Shown piece by piece: positions 27,708 through 36,909 of a stretch of DNA of 37,722 bases (position 1 is its first letter; each line of letters opens with the position of its first letter). Origin of the DNA: Atribacterota bacterium (GTDB lineage: Bacteria > Atribacterota > Phoenicimicrobiia > Phoenicimicrobiales > Stramentimicrobiaceae). The translations under genes were made by a program, and so were the position numbers. Below the pieces are notes generated by a model, which ran no database searches, was not told where the DNA came from, and saw only the letters and a list, made by a program, of their open reading frames with translations. The stretch covers positions 1 through 37,722 of the forward strand of contig JAXGNR010000015.1 in assembly GCA_040767965.1 (NCBI GenBank), in the 5' to 3' direction.

Positions 27708-29210
27708 ATGACCGGAATTGAGGGATTTTTAGTTCCTTTTATGAATATTAGCTTAATTCTATTAATAGCAAGTGGTGTTTTTGTTGGAATTTATATAGGT
27801 GCTATGCCAGGTCTTTCGGTTACCATGGCTTTTTCGCTATTAATCTCTTTTACTTATGGGTGGGATGTAATGCCTGCTTTAGCAACTATGATAGGAATTT
27901 ATACTGGTGGCGTTTATGGAGGCAGCCGATCGGCGATTTTATTAAATATTCCCGGTGCTCCCGCTGCGATTGCAACCTCTTTTGATGGATATCCTATCGC
28001 AAAAAGAGGCGAAGCAGGAATAGCAATGGGATTATCTACTACTGAGTCAGTCATTGGCGAGTTTTTTGGAATATTTATTCTGGCTATTGCATCACCTTTA
28101 GTTTCTATGCTAGCCCTCAAATTTACTCCACAGGATTATTTTCTATTAGCAATTATGGGTTTATTTTTGGTTGGAAGTTTATCTATGGGGTCTTTAACAA
28201 AATCATTAATTACAGCTTTTTTAGGTATAATTCTCGGGATGATTGGAATTGATCCCTCCACTGCACAAGCAAGGTTGACTTTTGGAAGTCAAACATTGCT
28301 TGGTGGGATTCATTATGTTGTTATTATGATTGGTCTTTTCGGATTGTCAGAAAGTTTGTTACAACTGAAAAATAAAGAAGAGCCTGTAAAGCAGAAGATT
28401 GACAAGATTTTACCCAATTTAAAAATAATAAAAAAATACTTGCCTCTAACTCTGAGATGTTCAGCTATTGGCACCATTATTGGTGCATTGCCTGGTACAG
28501 GGGGCGATATTGCATCTATGATTGCTTATGATCACGCAAAACGAACAGTGAAAAATCCCAGTTATCCATTTGGACAGGGAGCTTATGAAGGTGTTATTGC
28601 TCCAGAATCAGCGAATAATGCGGCAATTGGCGGGGCTTTTATTCCTATGATGACTTTGGGGATTCCTGGAGATTCTGGAACAGCTCTTTTACTTGGTGCC
28701 TTGTATATCCATGGACTGAGGCCAGGCCCATTAATGATGAGAGTTCAACCGGAGTTCTTCTGGATAATTGTAGGGTGTCTATTTCTATCAAATATTTTTT
28801 TATATTTTTTTGGTATGACTGGTGTAAAAATCTTTAGTAAAATTGTAGAAATACCAAAAGCAATTATAATTCCCATAATTGTTATTCTTTCTGTGATTGG
28901 CAGTTATAGTATCAATAACAAAATTGGAGATATTTATTGGATGATTATCTTTGGCATAATGGGTTATTTTCTAAAAATATATCATTATCCCCTGCCTCCT
29001 ATTATTTTAGGAGTAATATTAAGTCCAATTATCGAGCAAAATTTATTAAGAGGTATTCAACTATCATATGGAAGTATCTGGGGTTTTATAGGTAGCATTT
29101 TCACTCGTCCAATATCTCTGGTTTTATTTTTATTCATACTGATGATGGTCTTTGCAAAGACCAAAATATGGAGAATAGTAATAACAAGGTTTAGGGGGAA
29201 AATTAATTAA
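27708..29210 (+). CDS. tctA: TctA
   Basis: GAMPGLS, NIPGAPAAIATSFDGYP, APESANNA, LGIPGD, HGLRPGP. Confidence 0.95.
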   Translation: MTGIEGFLVPFMNISLILLIASGVFVGIYIGAMPGLSVTMAFSLLISFTYGWDVMPALATMIGIYTGGVYGGSRSAILLNIPGAPAAIATSFDGYPIAKRGEAGIAMGLSTTESVIGEFFGIFILAIASPLVSMLALKFTPQDYFLLAIMGLFLVGSLSMGSLTKSLITAFLGIILGMIGIDPSTAQARLTFGSQTLLGGIHYVVIMIGLFGLSESLLQLKNKEEPVKQKIDKILPNLKIIKKYLPLTLRCSAIGTIIGALPGTGGDIASMIAYDHAKRTVKNPSYPFGQGAYEGVIAPESANNAAIGGAFIPMMTLGIPGDSGTALLLGALYIHGLRPGPLMMRVQPEFFWIIVGCLFLSNIFLYFFGMTGVKIFSKIVEIPKAIIIPIIVILSVIGSYSINNKIGDIYWMIIFGIMGYFLKIYHYPLPPIILGVILSPIIEQNLLRGIQLSYGSIWGFIGSIFTRPISLVLFLFILMMVFAKTKIWRIVITRFRGKIN

Positions 29211-29240
29211 TAAATATTTTTTAAATAACTGGAGAAGCAA

Positions 29241-29696
29241 ATGATTAAATTATTATTAATATTTGGGCCGAATATAAATTTAATGGGTTCACGAGATCCC
29301 AGTCATTATGGAGATACTCCTTTTGATAGTCTTAATCAAATGATTATAAAATATGGCAGTGACCATAAAGTGGATATTGACATTTTTCAATCAAACTACG
29401 AAGGTGCGATAATTGATAGAATACATGAAGCAAAAGATTACGCAGATGGCATACTGATTAATCCAGGTGCATATGTGCATTATAGTTATGCAATTCGGGA
29501 TGCTATAGCAGCAGTAAAGATTCCTACTATTGACGTTCATATTTCTAATACATATGCCAGGGAGAGATTCAGGCATGACGATGTTTTAGCTTCAATATGC
29601 CAGGGAATTATAATTGGTTTTGGAATTAATGGTATTTTCCTCGGGTTAAATGGATTACTCGATATTATTTCAAAAAAGAATCAAGTTGAAAAATAA
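29241..29696 (+). CDS. aroQ: Type II 3-dehydroquinate dehydratase homologue, copy 1
   Basis: GPNINLMGSRDP..YG, FQSNYEG, INPGAYVHYSYAIRDA, DVHISN...RE.FRH. Confidence 0.88.
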   Translation: MIKLLLIFGPNINLMGSRDPSHYGDTPFDSLNQMIIKYGSDHKVDIDIFQSNYEGAIIDRIHEAKDYADGILINPGAYVHYSYAIRDAIAAVKIPTIDVHISNTYARERFRHDDVLASICQGIIIGFGINGIFLGLNGLLDIISKKNQVEK

Positions 29697-29837
29697 CAAG
29701 AGAATAAAGTAATGAACTGTTTTATTTTATATATGATTATTACAATCTAATAACTATTGTTAAGAATTTTTTATAATATAGATTTTAAATTGTATTATCA
29801 AAGAATCAAGTAAACTAAATGTGTGGGGGTAGCTCGA

Positions 29838-31349
29838 ATGTTTTTAGAATCAATGTTAATGGCTTTGGATATTAAGGTTTTATTATTAGTAGCAATTGGA
29901 AGTGCAGCAGGAGTTACTGTTGGAGCTTTACCTGGACTATCAGTATCAATGGCCACAGCTTTACTTGTTTCTATTACTTATGGCTGGTCAATGGAATATG
30001 CTTTGGCGATGATTATCGGAGTTTTCTGTGGAGGGGTTTTTGGAGGGTCTATTTCTGCAGTATTACTCAATATACCAGGTGCTCCAGGAGCAATATGTAC
30101 TGGCTTTGACGGTTATCCGTTAGCTAAAAGAGGAGAGGCATCATTTGCTTTAGGCTTAGCTCGGATAGGCTCATTTATTGGAGGAATCATAGGGGTAATA
30201 TTCTTAGCTACATTTGCTCCTATAATTGCCAGAATTGCTTTGGCCTTTGGGCCATTTGAATATTTATCACTGGTTGTATTGGGTTTAATCACCATTGGCA
30301 ACTTGAGCCAGGGCTCTTTTATAAAAGCCCTGATTACCGGTTTAATAGGATTATTGATTTCGTGTGTAGGTATGGATCAGATTTATGGAATTGGTAGATT
30401 TACCTTTGGAAACATAAATTTAGCTGCCGGAATTGGATTAATTCCTTGCTTAATCGGATTTTTTGGCATGTCTGAGGTACTTATAAATTTAAAAATTCCC
30501 AGCGGTAAAGCGGAAATTATTGAACAGTTAGGCAAGGTAATTCCTAAGATGTCTACTTTTATTAAAATGTTACCACTAATTTTAAGATCTTCTGTACTCG
30601 GAACATGGATCGGTGCCTTGCCCGGGGTTGGTGGTGCGGTTGCTGCTCTTTTGGCTTATGACAATGCCAAGAGAACAGTAAAGAAACCATCCAGGCCTTT
30701 TGGAGAAGGTGCATATGAAGGAGTAGTTGCTCCTGAAGTTGCTAATAATGCAGGTATAGGAGGGGCTTTGATACCATTGCTTACCTTGGGAATACCAGGA
30801 GATGCAGTCACTGCTATTATGATAGGTGCTTTCATGATGCATGGCTTGAGACCGGGTCCTTTATTGATGGTACAAAGTCCGAAGCTGTTCTGGTATATTG
30901 TAGTTCTTCTATTAGTGGCAAATGTGATGTTTTTATTTATTGGTTTGGCTGCAACAAAATATTTCCCTAAAATTCTAATGATTCGTAAAGAAATACTAAT
31001 GCCAATAGTTATTATTCTTTGTGTAGTAGGAGCTTATGGTATTAACAATTCAACATTTGATATTTTGGTAATGATATTAGCCGGTGTCATTGGTTACCTT
31101 TTAAAGCAGGCTAATTATCCGGTTGGCCCTCTGGTAATAGGTTTAGTATTAGGGTCTTTAGCTGATGGCGAATTAAGACGATCGGTAATGATATCAAAGG
31201 GTGATTTTATCGGGACTTTTTTAAATCATCCTATAGCAATTGTTATTTTGATGTTTGCTATTTTGCAAATTTTAAATCAGTCTACTTCATTTAAGAAATT
31301 AAGTGCAGGTTTATTTAATATGATTTTAAAAAGAATAAAATCTAATTAA
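29838..31349 (+). CDS. tctA: TctA (precedes its tctC-tctB: order A-C-B)
   Basis: GALPGLS, NIPGAPGAICTGFDGYPL, APEVANNA, LGIPGD. ATG 29838 follows GGGGGT; ORF-track start is GTG 29823. Confidence 0.95.
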   Translation: MFLESMLMALDIKVLLLVAIGSAAGVTVGALPGLSVSMATALLVSITYGWSMEYALAMIIGVFCGGVFGGSISAVLLNIPGAPGAICTGFDGYPLAKRGEASFALGLARIGSFIGGIIGVIFLATFAPIIARIALAFGPFEYLSLVVLGLITIGNLSQGSFIKALITGLIGLLISCVGMDQIYGIGRFTFGNINLAAGIGLIPCLIGFFGMSEVLINLKIPSGKAEIIEQLGKVIPKMSTFIKMLPLILRSSVLGTWIGALPGVGGAVAALLAYDNAKRTVKKPSRPFGEGAYEGVVAPEVANNAGIGGALIPLLTLGIPGDAVTAIMIGAFMMHGLRPGPLLMVQSPKLFWYIVVLLLVANVMFLFIGLAATKYFPKILMIRKEILMPIVIILCVVGAYGINNSTFDILVMILAGVIGYLLKQANYPVGPLVIGLVLGSLADGELRRSVMISKGDFIGTFLNHPIAIVILMFAILQILNQSTSFKKLSAGLFNMILKRIKSN

Positions 31350-31549
31350 AGTTTTTAAATACAAATCAATAGTCAAAGAAGATTGATCTGATCCGATATC
31401 TTTAACTTAAAGAAAGAGATAGGAGGTGATAATTATAATTATTTATAATTAAACAAATATTTTTATCGACTAAATATATATTAGTTGATATAAATATATT
31501 TGTGGTTTAAAGGAAGTAAAAAAATAATTATATATGGAGGTTTAGTTAA

Positions 31550-32575
31550 TTGAAGAAATTTAATTTATTATTGAATTCAATATTTATAGTTGTATTGTTT
31601 GCGTTTATGTTTTTTTGCGCTGGAGTAGTTGTTGCCAGTGCTGACTATCCGGAACGCCCGATTGAAGTGGTGGTCCCCTGGGGTGCAGGTGGAACTACTG
31701 ATAGTGTAGCAAGGGTCTTTGTTCCGATATTAGAAGAACAGTTAGGTCAAGCAATGCCAATACAGAATAAATCAGGTGCTTCGGGAGCTGTTGGTACTCA
31801 ATATGTGTTAGACAAAGAGGCTGATGGTTATACAATATTGTTTTCAGCTGAAAGTCCTGGAGTTATGCAAGTTATGGGAACGGCAGATATAGATTTTCAT
31901 GATTTTGATCCCATTATACTTCTTGTTGGACTAATTCCTACACTTACAGTAAGTGCAGATGCTCCATGGGATACTGTTGATGAGTTTGTTCAGGAAGCAA
32001 AGGAGAAACCGGGTGAGTTAATTGCTGCTTATGCTGGCCCTGGAACAACAGGACATATAGCATCCCTTCTATTTGAAAAGTATTCAGGTCTTAAATTTAC
32101 CAATGTACCGTTTGGAGATGGTGGGAAGGTTGTTACTGCACTCTTAGGTGGTCATGCAGATTTGCAATTTGCACCTTTAAATTCAGTTATAGAACAATAT
32201 CGTGCTGGAAACTTCAAGCTCCTGGCACTATTTACAAATGAACCAGTAGAAGGTATGGAAGAAATTACCCCTATTGGTCAAGCAATTCCTAGTTTTCAAG
32301 AATATATGCCCTGGGGACCCATGATTAGCATATTAGTTAAAAAAGGAACACCAGTGGATATGGTAAACAAACTAAAAGAAGCAGCTTCTATTGCTATTAT
32401 GGATGAAAGATGGCTTAAATTTTCTGAAAGCATCTCTGGTAATAACCTGGGATATCAAGGTGAATATTTCTGGAATTACGTAGATAAATGGACTTCTGTT
32501 ACCAGCTGGTTACTATATGATGCAGGTGCAGCACAAAATTCTCCTACTGATTTTGATATACCAAGGCCAGAATAG
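31550..32575 (+). CDS. tctC: TTT substrate-binding protein (TctC), copy 6
   Basis: Signal peptide, YPERPIEVVVPWGAGGTTD..AR, NKSGASG, ADGYT, VPFGDG. Confidence 0.93.
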   Translation: MKKFNLLLNSIFIVVLFAFMFFCAGVVVASADYPERPIEVVVPWGAGGTTDSVARVFVPILEEQLGQAMPIQNKSGASGAVGTQYVLDKEADGYTILFSAESPGVMQVMGTADIDFHDFDPIILLVGLIPTLTVSADAPWDTVDEFVQEAKEKPGELIAAYAGPGTTGHIASLLFEKYSGLKFTNVPFGDGGKVVTALLGGHADLQFAPLNSVIEQYRAGNFKLLALFTNEPVEGMEEITPIGQAIPSFQEYMPWGPMISILVKKGTPVDMVNKLKEAASIAIMDERWLKFSESISGNNLGYQGEYFWNYVDKWTSVTSWLLYDAGAAQNSPTDFDIPRPE

Positions 32576-32583
32576 GAAAAATT

Positions 32584-32618
32584 AATGGGCAAAAGCAATA
32601 AAAATGCTTTTGCCCATT
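32584..32618 (+). terminator. Stem-loop after tctC copy 6
   Basis: 14-bp perfect inverted repeat AATGGGCAAAAGCA / TGCTTTTGCCCATT followed by a short T run. Confidence 0.72.
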
Positions 32619-32685
32619 TTAGAGAAATTATTATGCTTTATGCTTATCATAAAAATGATATCTATATTCAGAATTGAGGAAAATT

Positions 32686-33165
32686 ATGTCATCTTTTGAA
32701 TCATATTGTACAACAGCAATATTACTTTTAGGAGTTTTTTCTATTATACATTCATTTTATTTACCTGTGATGGGTCCTAGAGCATTAAGTCCTGCTTTAT
32801 TTCCACTGGTCATCGGAATATTGCTTGCAGCATTGAGTGCATTACAATTAGTCCTGGATATTTTAAGAAAAAGAAAGAATCAGAACAATTTTGGAAATTT
32901 CTCTCAAGAAAAAAATAATAAAATACAACATACCAGTGATAAGAAGAAAGAAGAAAGAAACCTGTTTATAATAGTGATTATACTTTTATTATATATGTAT
33001 TTATTGCCATTAATTCATTTTGTTCCTTCAACATTATTATTTTTAATACTGCTAATGACATATATTAATAATAAAATATCATTAAAGATAATTATTATTT
33101 CTGTAATTATCACTGTATCAATATATTATTCTTTCAGTTCAATATTTAAATTAATCTTACCATAA
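32686..33165 (+). CDS. tctB: TctB
   Basis: LSPALFP motif, TM helices, C-terminal FSSIFKLILP. ATG 32686 follows GAGGA; ORF-track start is TTG 32674. Confidence 0.87.
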   Translation: MSSFESYCTTAILLLGVFSIIHSFYLPVMGPRALSPALFPLVIGILLAALSALQLVLDILRKRKNQNNFGNFSQEKNNKIQHTSDKKKEERNLFIIVIILLLYMYLLPLIHFVPSTLLFLILLMTYINNKISLKIIIISVIITVSIYYSFSSIFKLILP

Positions 33166-33214
33166 AAAATTAGAAGTAATCTAAAAAACAGATAGTATAG
33201 GAGGAATTGTTTTA

Positions 33215-34513
33215 ATGCTGGCAATTGTTCAAAAATCTCAATTATATGGAGAAACAATAATACCTGGATCAAAATCACATATGATACGCGCTTTGTATTT
33301 TGGAACATTAGCCAAAGGGGATTCAACAATCATTAATCCAGTTGAATCAAATGATGCTCTTTCATGTTTAAGTGTATGTGAGGCTTTAGGAGCCAGGATA
33401 GATAGAGCTAATCCAGAGTGTTGGATAATAAAAGGAGTAGGAAAAAATATAGAACCCTCTGAATATATTTTGGATGTAGGGAATTCCGGGACAACCTTAT
33501 ACCTTGGTGCTGGTTTTGCATCCTCGATAGACGGATATTCGATTTTTACCGGTGATGAACAAATCAGAAAACGTCCCATTCAACCAGTTCTGGATTCATT
33601 ACAAAAATTAGGAGTTTTTGCAGAATCTACTCGGAATAACGGTAGTGCACCTGTAATAATCAAAGGTCCAATAAAATCTGGCAGGACAGTTATAAACGGA
33701 CTTGTCTCTGCTTATGTTAGTGGTATAGTATTAGGCTGTACCTTATCTCCGGTTGATTGTGAGATTGAAGTTGAGAATGTCAGGGAAATCCCTTATATTA
33801 ATATAAGTTTAGATTGGGCTAAAGCTGTAGGGTTAGAAATAGAGGCAACGGAAGATAGAAGCAAATTTTATGTTAAAGGCAATCAATTTGTTTCTCCTTT
33901 TAAGAGAGCAATACCGGGAGATTTTAGTTCGGCTGCTTTTATGTTAGTGGGAGCAGCTATTACGCAATCGGACATAATCTTGATGGGATTAAATATGGAT
34001 GATGTGCAAGGTGATAAAAAAATAGTCTCTATTCTTCAGGAAATGGGAGCAGATATTACAATTATTAACAATGGATTAGGTGGAATCAAAGTCAAAGGCG
34101 GAATTAAGTTAATGGGAACTACAATTGATTGTAATGAAATACCAGATTCAATTCCTATACTGTCTATTTTAGGCTGTTGTGCTGAAGGAGAAACTAAGTT
34201 AATAAATATTGAAAGTTCCAGAGTAAAAGAATCTGATCGTCCATTATTAATGACTCGAGAGTTGAGCAAAATGGGAGCAAATATCAATTTAGAGAATGAT
34301 GAGTTGATAATTAGAAAAAGTAACTTAAAAGGAGCATTTCTGAAAAGTTATAAAGATCACAGGATAGCAATGGCAAATTGTATTGCCGGGCTTGTCGCTG
34401 ACGGTGTCACTTTAGTTGATAATGTAGAAACAGCTGATGTTTCTTTTCCTGGTTTTGGAAAGATATTGAACAGTTTGGGAGCAAATGTTTCTTTTGTTAA
34501 TGCCATATTGTAA
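33215..34513 (+). CDS. aroA: EPSP synthase (enolpyruvyl transferase) homologue with altered substrate site
   Basis: PGSKS...R, DVGNSGTT, GD...RKRP, PGDFSSA, QGD, PD..P, RVKESDR, DHRIAM, VSFP. The SSQ motif appears as VSA. Confidence 0.85.
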   Translation: MLAIVQKSQLYGETIIPGSKSHMIRALYFGTLAKGDSTIINPVESNDALSCLSVCEALGARIDRANPECWIIKGVGKNIEPSEYILDVGNSGTTLYLGAGFASSIDGYSIFTGDEQIRKRPIQPVLDSLQKLGVFAESTRNNGSAPVIIKGPIKSGRTVINGLVSAYVSGIVLGCTLSPVDCEIEVENVREIPYINISLDWAKAVGLEIEATEDRSKFYVKGNQFVSPFKRAIPGDFSSAAFMLVGAAITQSDIILMGLNMDDVQGDKKIVSILQEMGADITIINNGLGGIKVKGGIKLMGTTIDCNEIPDSIPILSILGCCAEGETKLINIESSRVKESDRPLLMTRELSKMGANINLENDELIIRKSNLKGAFLKSYKDHRIAMANCIAGLVADGVTLVDNVETADVSFPGFGKILNSLGANVSFVNAIL

Positions 34514-34704
34514 GCAATTACATAAATTACATAAAAATAGTCTGTTGAGTATATATTTGAGTTAAGGAAAATTAATAGGATATTGATTATAAATTAAAAA
34601 AATTAACAAAAATTTGAATCTTGAATTAAGTTGTTTTTATGAAATTTAAATATAGCTTTATTTATTCAGAAATTAAAATAAATAAGATTTGGAGGGAGTT
34701 TTAT

Positions 34705-35361
34705 TTGATAGATATTAAAAATTATTTTAAAGATGCAAAAATTTACGATATCTCAGTAAGTTTATCTTCTAAAATGCCTGTTTTCCCCGGGCAACCAAAA
34801 TTTAAGAGGGAATTTATTTCAAAAATTTCAAATGGTAAAAACTCAAATGTCTCAAAAATTACTATGACTTCCCATACAGGAACACACGTTGATTCACCAT
34901 ATCATTTTATCCAGGGTGGAGATAAAATTGGGGAGATTAATTTTTCCAGCATTATTGGTTTTACCAAAGTTTTTGAAATTCATTCCTCAAAAGTAGGTAT
35001 AGAAGAAATAAAAGATTTAGAGATTGTGAAAGGTGATATTATTCTTTTTAAGACAAGTAATTCAAATTTATGGGGAATGGAAAACTTTTCATATGATTAT
35101 GTTTATATTACACCTGAAGCGGCTACTTATTTAGCACAAAGAGAAGTACATGCAGTGGGTATTGATTATATTATCCTGGAAGCCTTAGCTGACCCAAAAA
35201 GACCGGTACATCACATTTTATTAGGACAAAACATTATATTAATTGAAGGTTTAAATTTTAGCAATGTTCCAGCTGGAGAATATCTATTGGTCTGTTTACC
35301 TTTAAAAATATCAGGAAATGAAGCAGCTCCTGCTCGAGCTATATTAATTAAAAACAAGTAA
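34705..35361 (+). CDS. Cyclase-family metallohydrolase (kynurenine formamidase-like fold)
   Basis: HTGTHVDSPYH, VGID, H..LL....IIEGL, PLKI....AAPARA. TTG 34705 follows GGAGGGAG; ORF-track start is 34639. Confidence 0.9.
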   Translation: MIDIKNYFKDAKIYDISVSLSSKMPVFPGQPKFKREFISKISNGKNSNVSKITMTSHTGTHVDSPYHFIQGGDKIGEINFSSIIGFTKVFEIHSSKVGIEEIKDLEIVKGDIILFKTSNSNLWGMENFSYDYVYITPEAATYLAQREVHAVGIDYIILEALADPKRPVHHILLGQNIILIEGLNFSNVPAGEYLLVCLPLKISGNEAAPARAILIKNK

Positions 35362-35660
35362 ATATGATAGAATAATATAAGAAGCTATAAAATATAATAA
35401 TAATTAGAGTATATTGGAATGGTTTTTTTGTTTGTAATATGCAAATTATGATTATTATATTATATTATTTTCAGTATTCATCTTAGGCTAGTATTATTAT
35501 CTCAAGATTATCACAGTTAAAAATCTATTACTTTTAATTTAAAAGTATAAAATAAAACTTCTTTGATGTAAATTTATACTTTATGCTAAATTAAAAATTT
35601 ATTAATTAAAATAATTAAAAATTCTTTAATAGTAAAGATAAAGAAAACATAGGAGACAAA

Positions 35661-36098
35661 ATGATTAAGATATTTCTTATTTATGGACCAAATTTAAATT
35701 TAACCGGGATTCGTGACAAAAAACACTATGGGGATAAGCTTTTTGAAGATATCAATAAAATGGTTTTAGAATATTGTGAAAACAATGAGATTGAGATTAC
35801 AATTTTTCAATCAAATTTTGAGGGGAAAATAATTGATAAAATACACGAAGCAAGAAATAACGCTAATGGAATCATCATTAATCCAGGAGCGTATGCACAT
35901 TATAGTTATGCTATTAGAGATGCAATAGAAGCGGTTGATATTCCCACTATCGATATCCATTTTTCTAATATATATAACCGAGAAAGTTTTAGGCATGTTG
36001 ATGTCTGTGCACCTGTATGCCAGGGACTTATTACTGGTCTTGGAATAAATGGAATTTTTTTGGCAATCAAAGGATTGGTCGATATTATTTCACAGTAA
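35661..36098 (+). CDS. aroQ: Type II 3-dehydroquinate dehydratase homologue, copy 2
   Basis: GPNLNLTGIRD...YG, FQSNFEG, INPGAYAHYSYAIRDA, DIHFSN...RESFRH. Confidence 0.88.
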   Translation: MIKIFLIYGPNLNLTGIRDKKHYGDKLFEDINKMVLEYCENNEIEITIFQSNFEGKIIDKIHEARNNANGIIINPGAYAHYSYAIRDAIEAVDIPTIDIHFSNIYNRESFRHVDVCAPVCQGLITGLGINGIFLAIKGLVDIISQ

Positions 36099-36162
36099 AG
36101 ATTTAAATATACATTATGTATTTCTACAGTATTGAATTTAATAAAATAAAAAGGAGTTAACA

Positions 36163-36909
36163 ATGTTGTTAAAAAATTGTATTGCAATTATAACCGGAGC
36201 TGGCAAAGGTTTAGGCAAAACGATGGCAGAAGAATTTTTTAAAGAAGGCGCCTATCTTGGCTTATTTGATATTCAGTATGATTTGGTAGATGACCTTGCA
36301 GAAAAATTAGATCCCTCTAAGGAAAAAGTTTTCCCGGTTAAAGCTGATGTAACTGATGAAACTATGATAAAAAATGCAATGGAAGAAGTCTTTACTAAGT
36401 TTGGTAGAATTGATATTTTGGTTAACAATGCCGGGATTTCATTACATGAACCAACCAAAGAAACGTCTATAGGAAACTTTAATAAGGTCATCAATATTAA
36501 TCTAAATGGCACATTTATTTGCTGTAAAAATGTGATTAGCTACATGGAAAAACAAAAAAGAGGAAAAATTGTAAATATTGCTTCCTTGAGCGGAAGAACA
36601 GGCAGACCGGGAGTTGGTGTAAACTATGCTGCTTCAAAGTCAGGTGTTATTGGATTAACACAAACCTTGGCTCGTGAGTTTGGCCCTTCAGATATTTATG
36701 TAAATTCTATTTGCCCGGGTCCTATATTAACTGAGCAGACTAAACAATATTCAGCGGAAGTTTTTGCCAGCTGGAATGCCGGTAGGGCAATTAATAGAGA
36801 TGGTATACCTGAAGATATTGCCAATGCAGCAATATTTTTGGCCTCAGATAAATCAGACTGGATTACCGGGGCAACCCTTGATGTAAACGGTGGTATTTTA
36901 ATGAGATGA
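36163..36909 (+). CDS. Classical short-chain dehydrogenase/reductase
   Basis: TGAGKGLG, NNAG, S...YAASK, ITGATLDVNGG; Asp after beta-2 (FDI) suggests NAD. Confidence 0.93.
   Translation: MLLKNCIAIITGAGKGLGKTMAEEFFKEGAYLGLFDIQYDLVDDLAEKLDPSKEKVFPVKADVTDETMIKNAMEEVFTKFGRIDILVNNAGISLHEPTKETSIGNFNKVININLNGTFICCKNVISYMEKQKRGKIVNIASLSGRTGRPGVGVNYAASKSGVIGLTQTLAREFGPSDIYVNSICPGPILTEQTKQYSAEVFASWNAGRAINRDGIPEDIANAAIFLASDKSDWITGATLDVNGGILMR

Noticed and set aside
31464-31490. Imperfect palindrome TATCGACTAA...TTAGTTGATA as a second GntR operator
   Set aside because: Shares only TATCGA with the 13985 site and has different spacing; more likely a weak leader hairpin or chance.
34705-35361. Calling the cyclase kynB (tryptophan degradation)
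   Set aside because: No kynA or kynU nearby; the family has many amidase and lactonase activities.
25245-36098. Ordinary aromatic amino acid biosynthesis operon
   Set aside because: No DAHP synthase, aroB, aroE, aroK or aroC in the window; the genes are dispersed among importers and have altered motifs.
4867-36512. All minus-strand ORFs in the track and the + strand 63-aa ORF at 21378..21569
   Set aside because: They overlap, wholly or largely, well-supported + strand genes, show no family motifs, and look like shadow frames.
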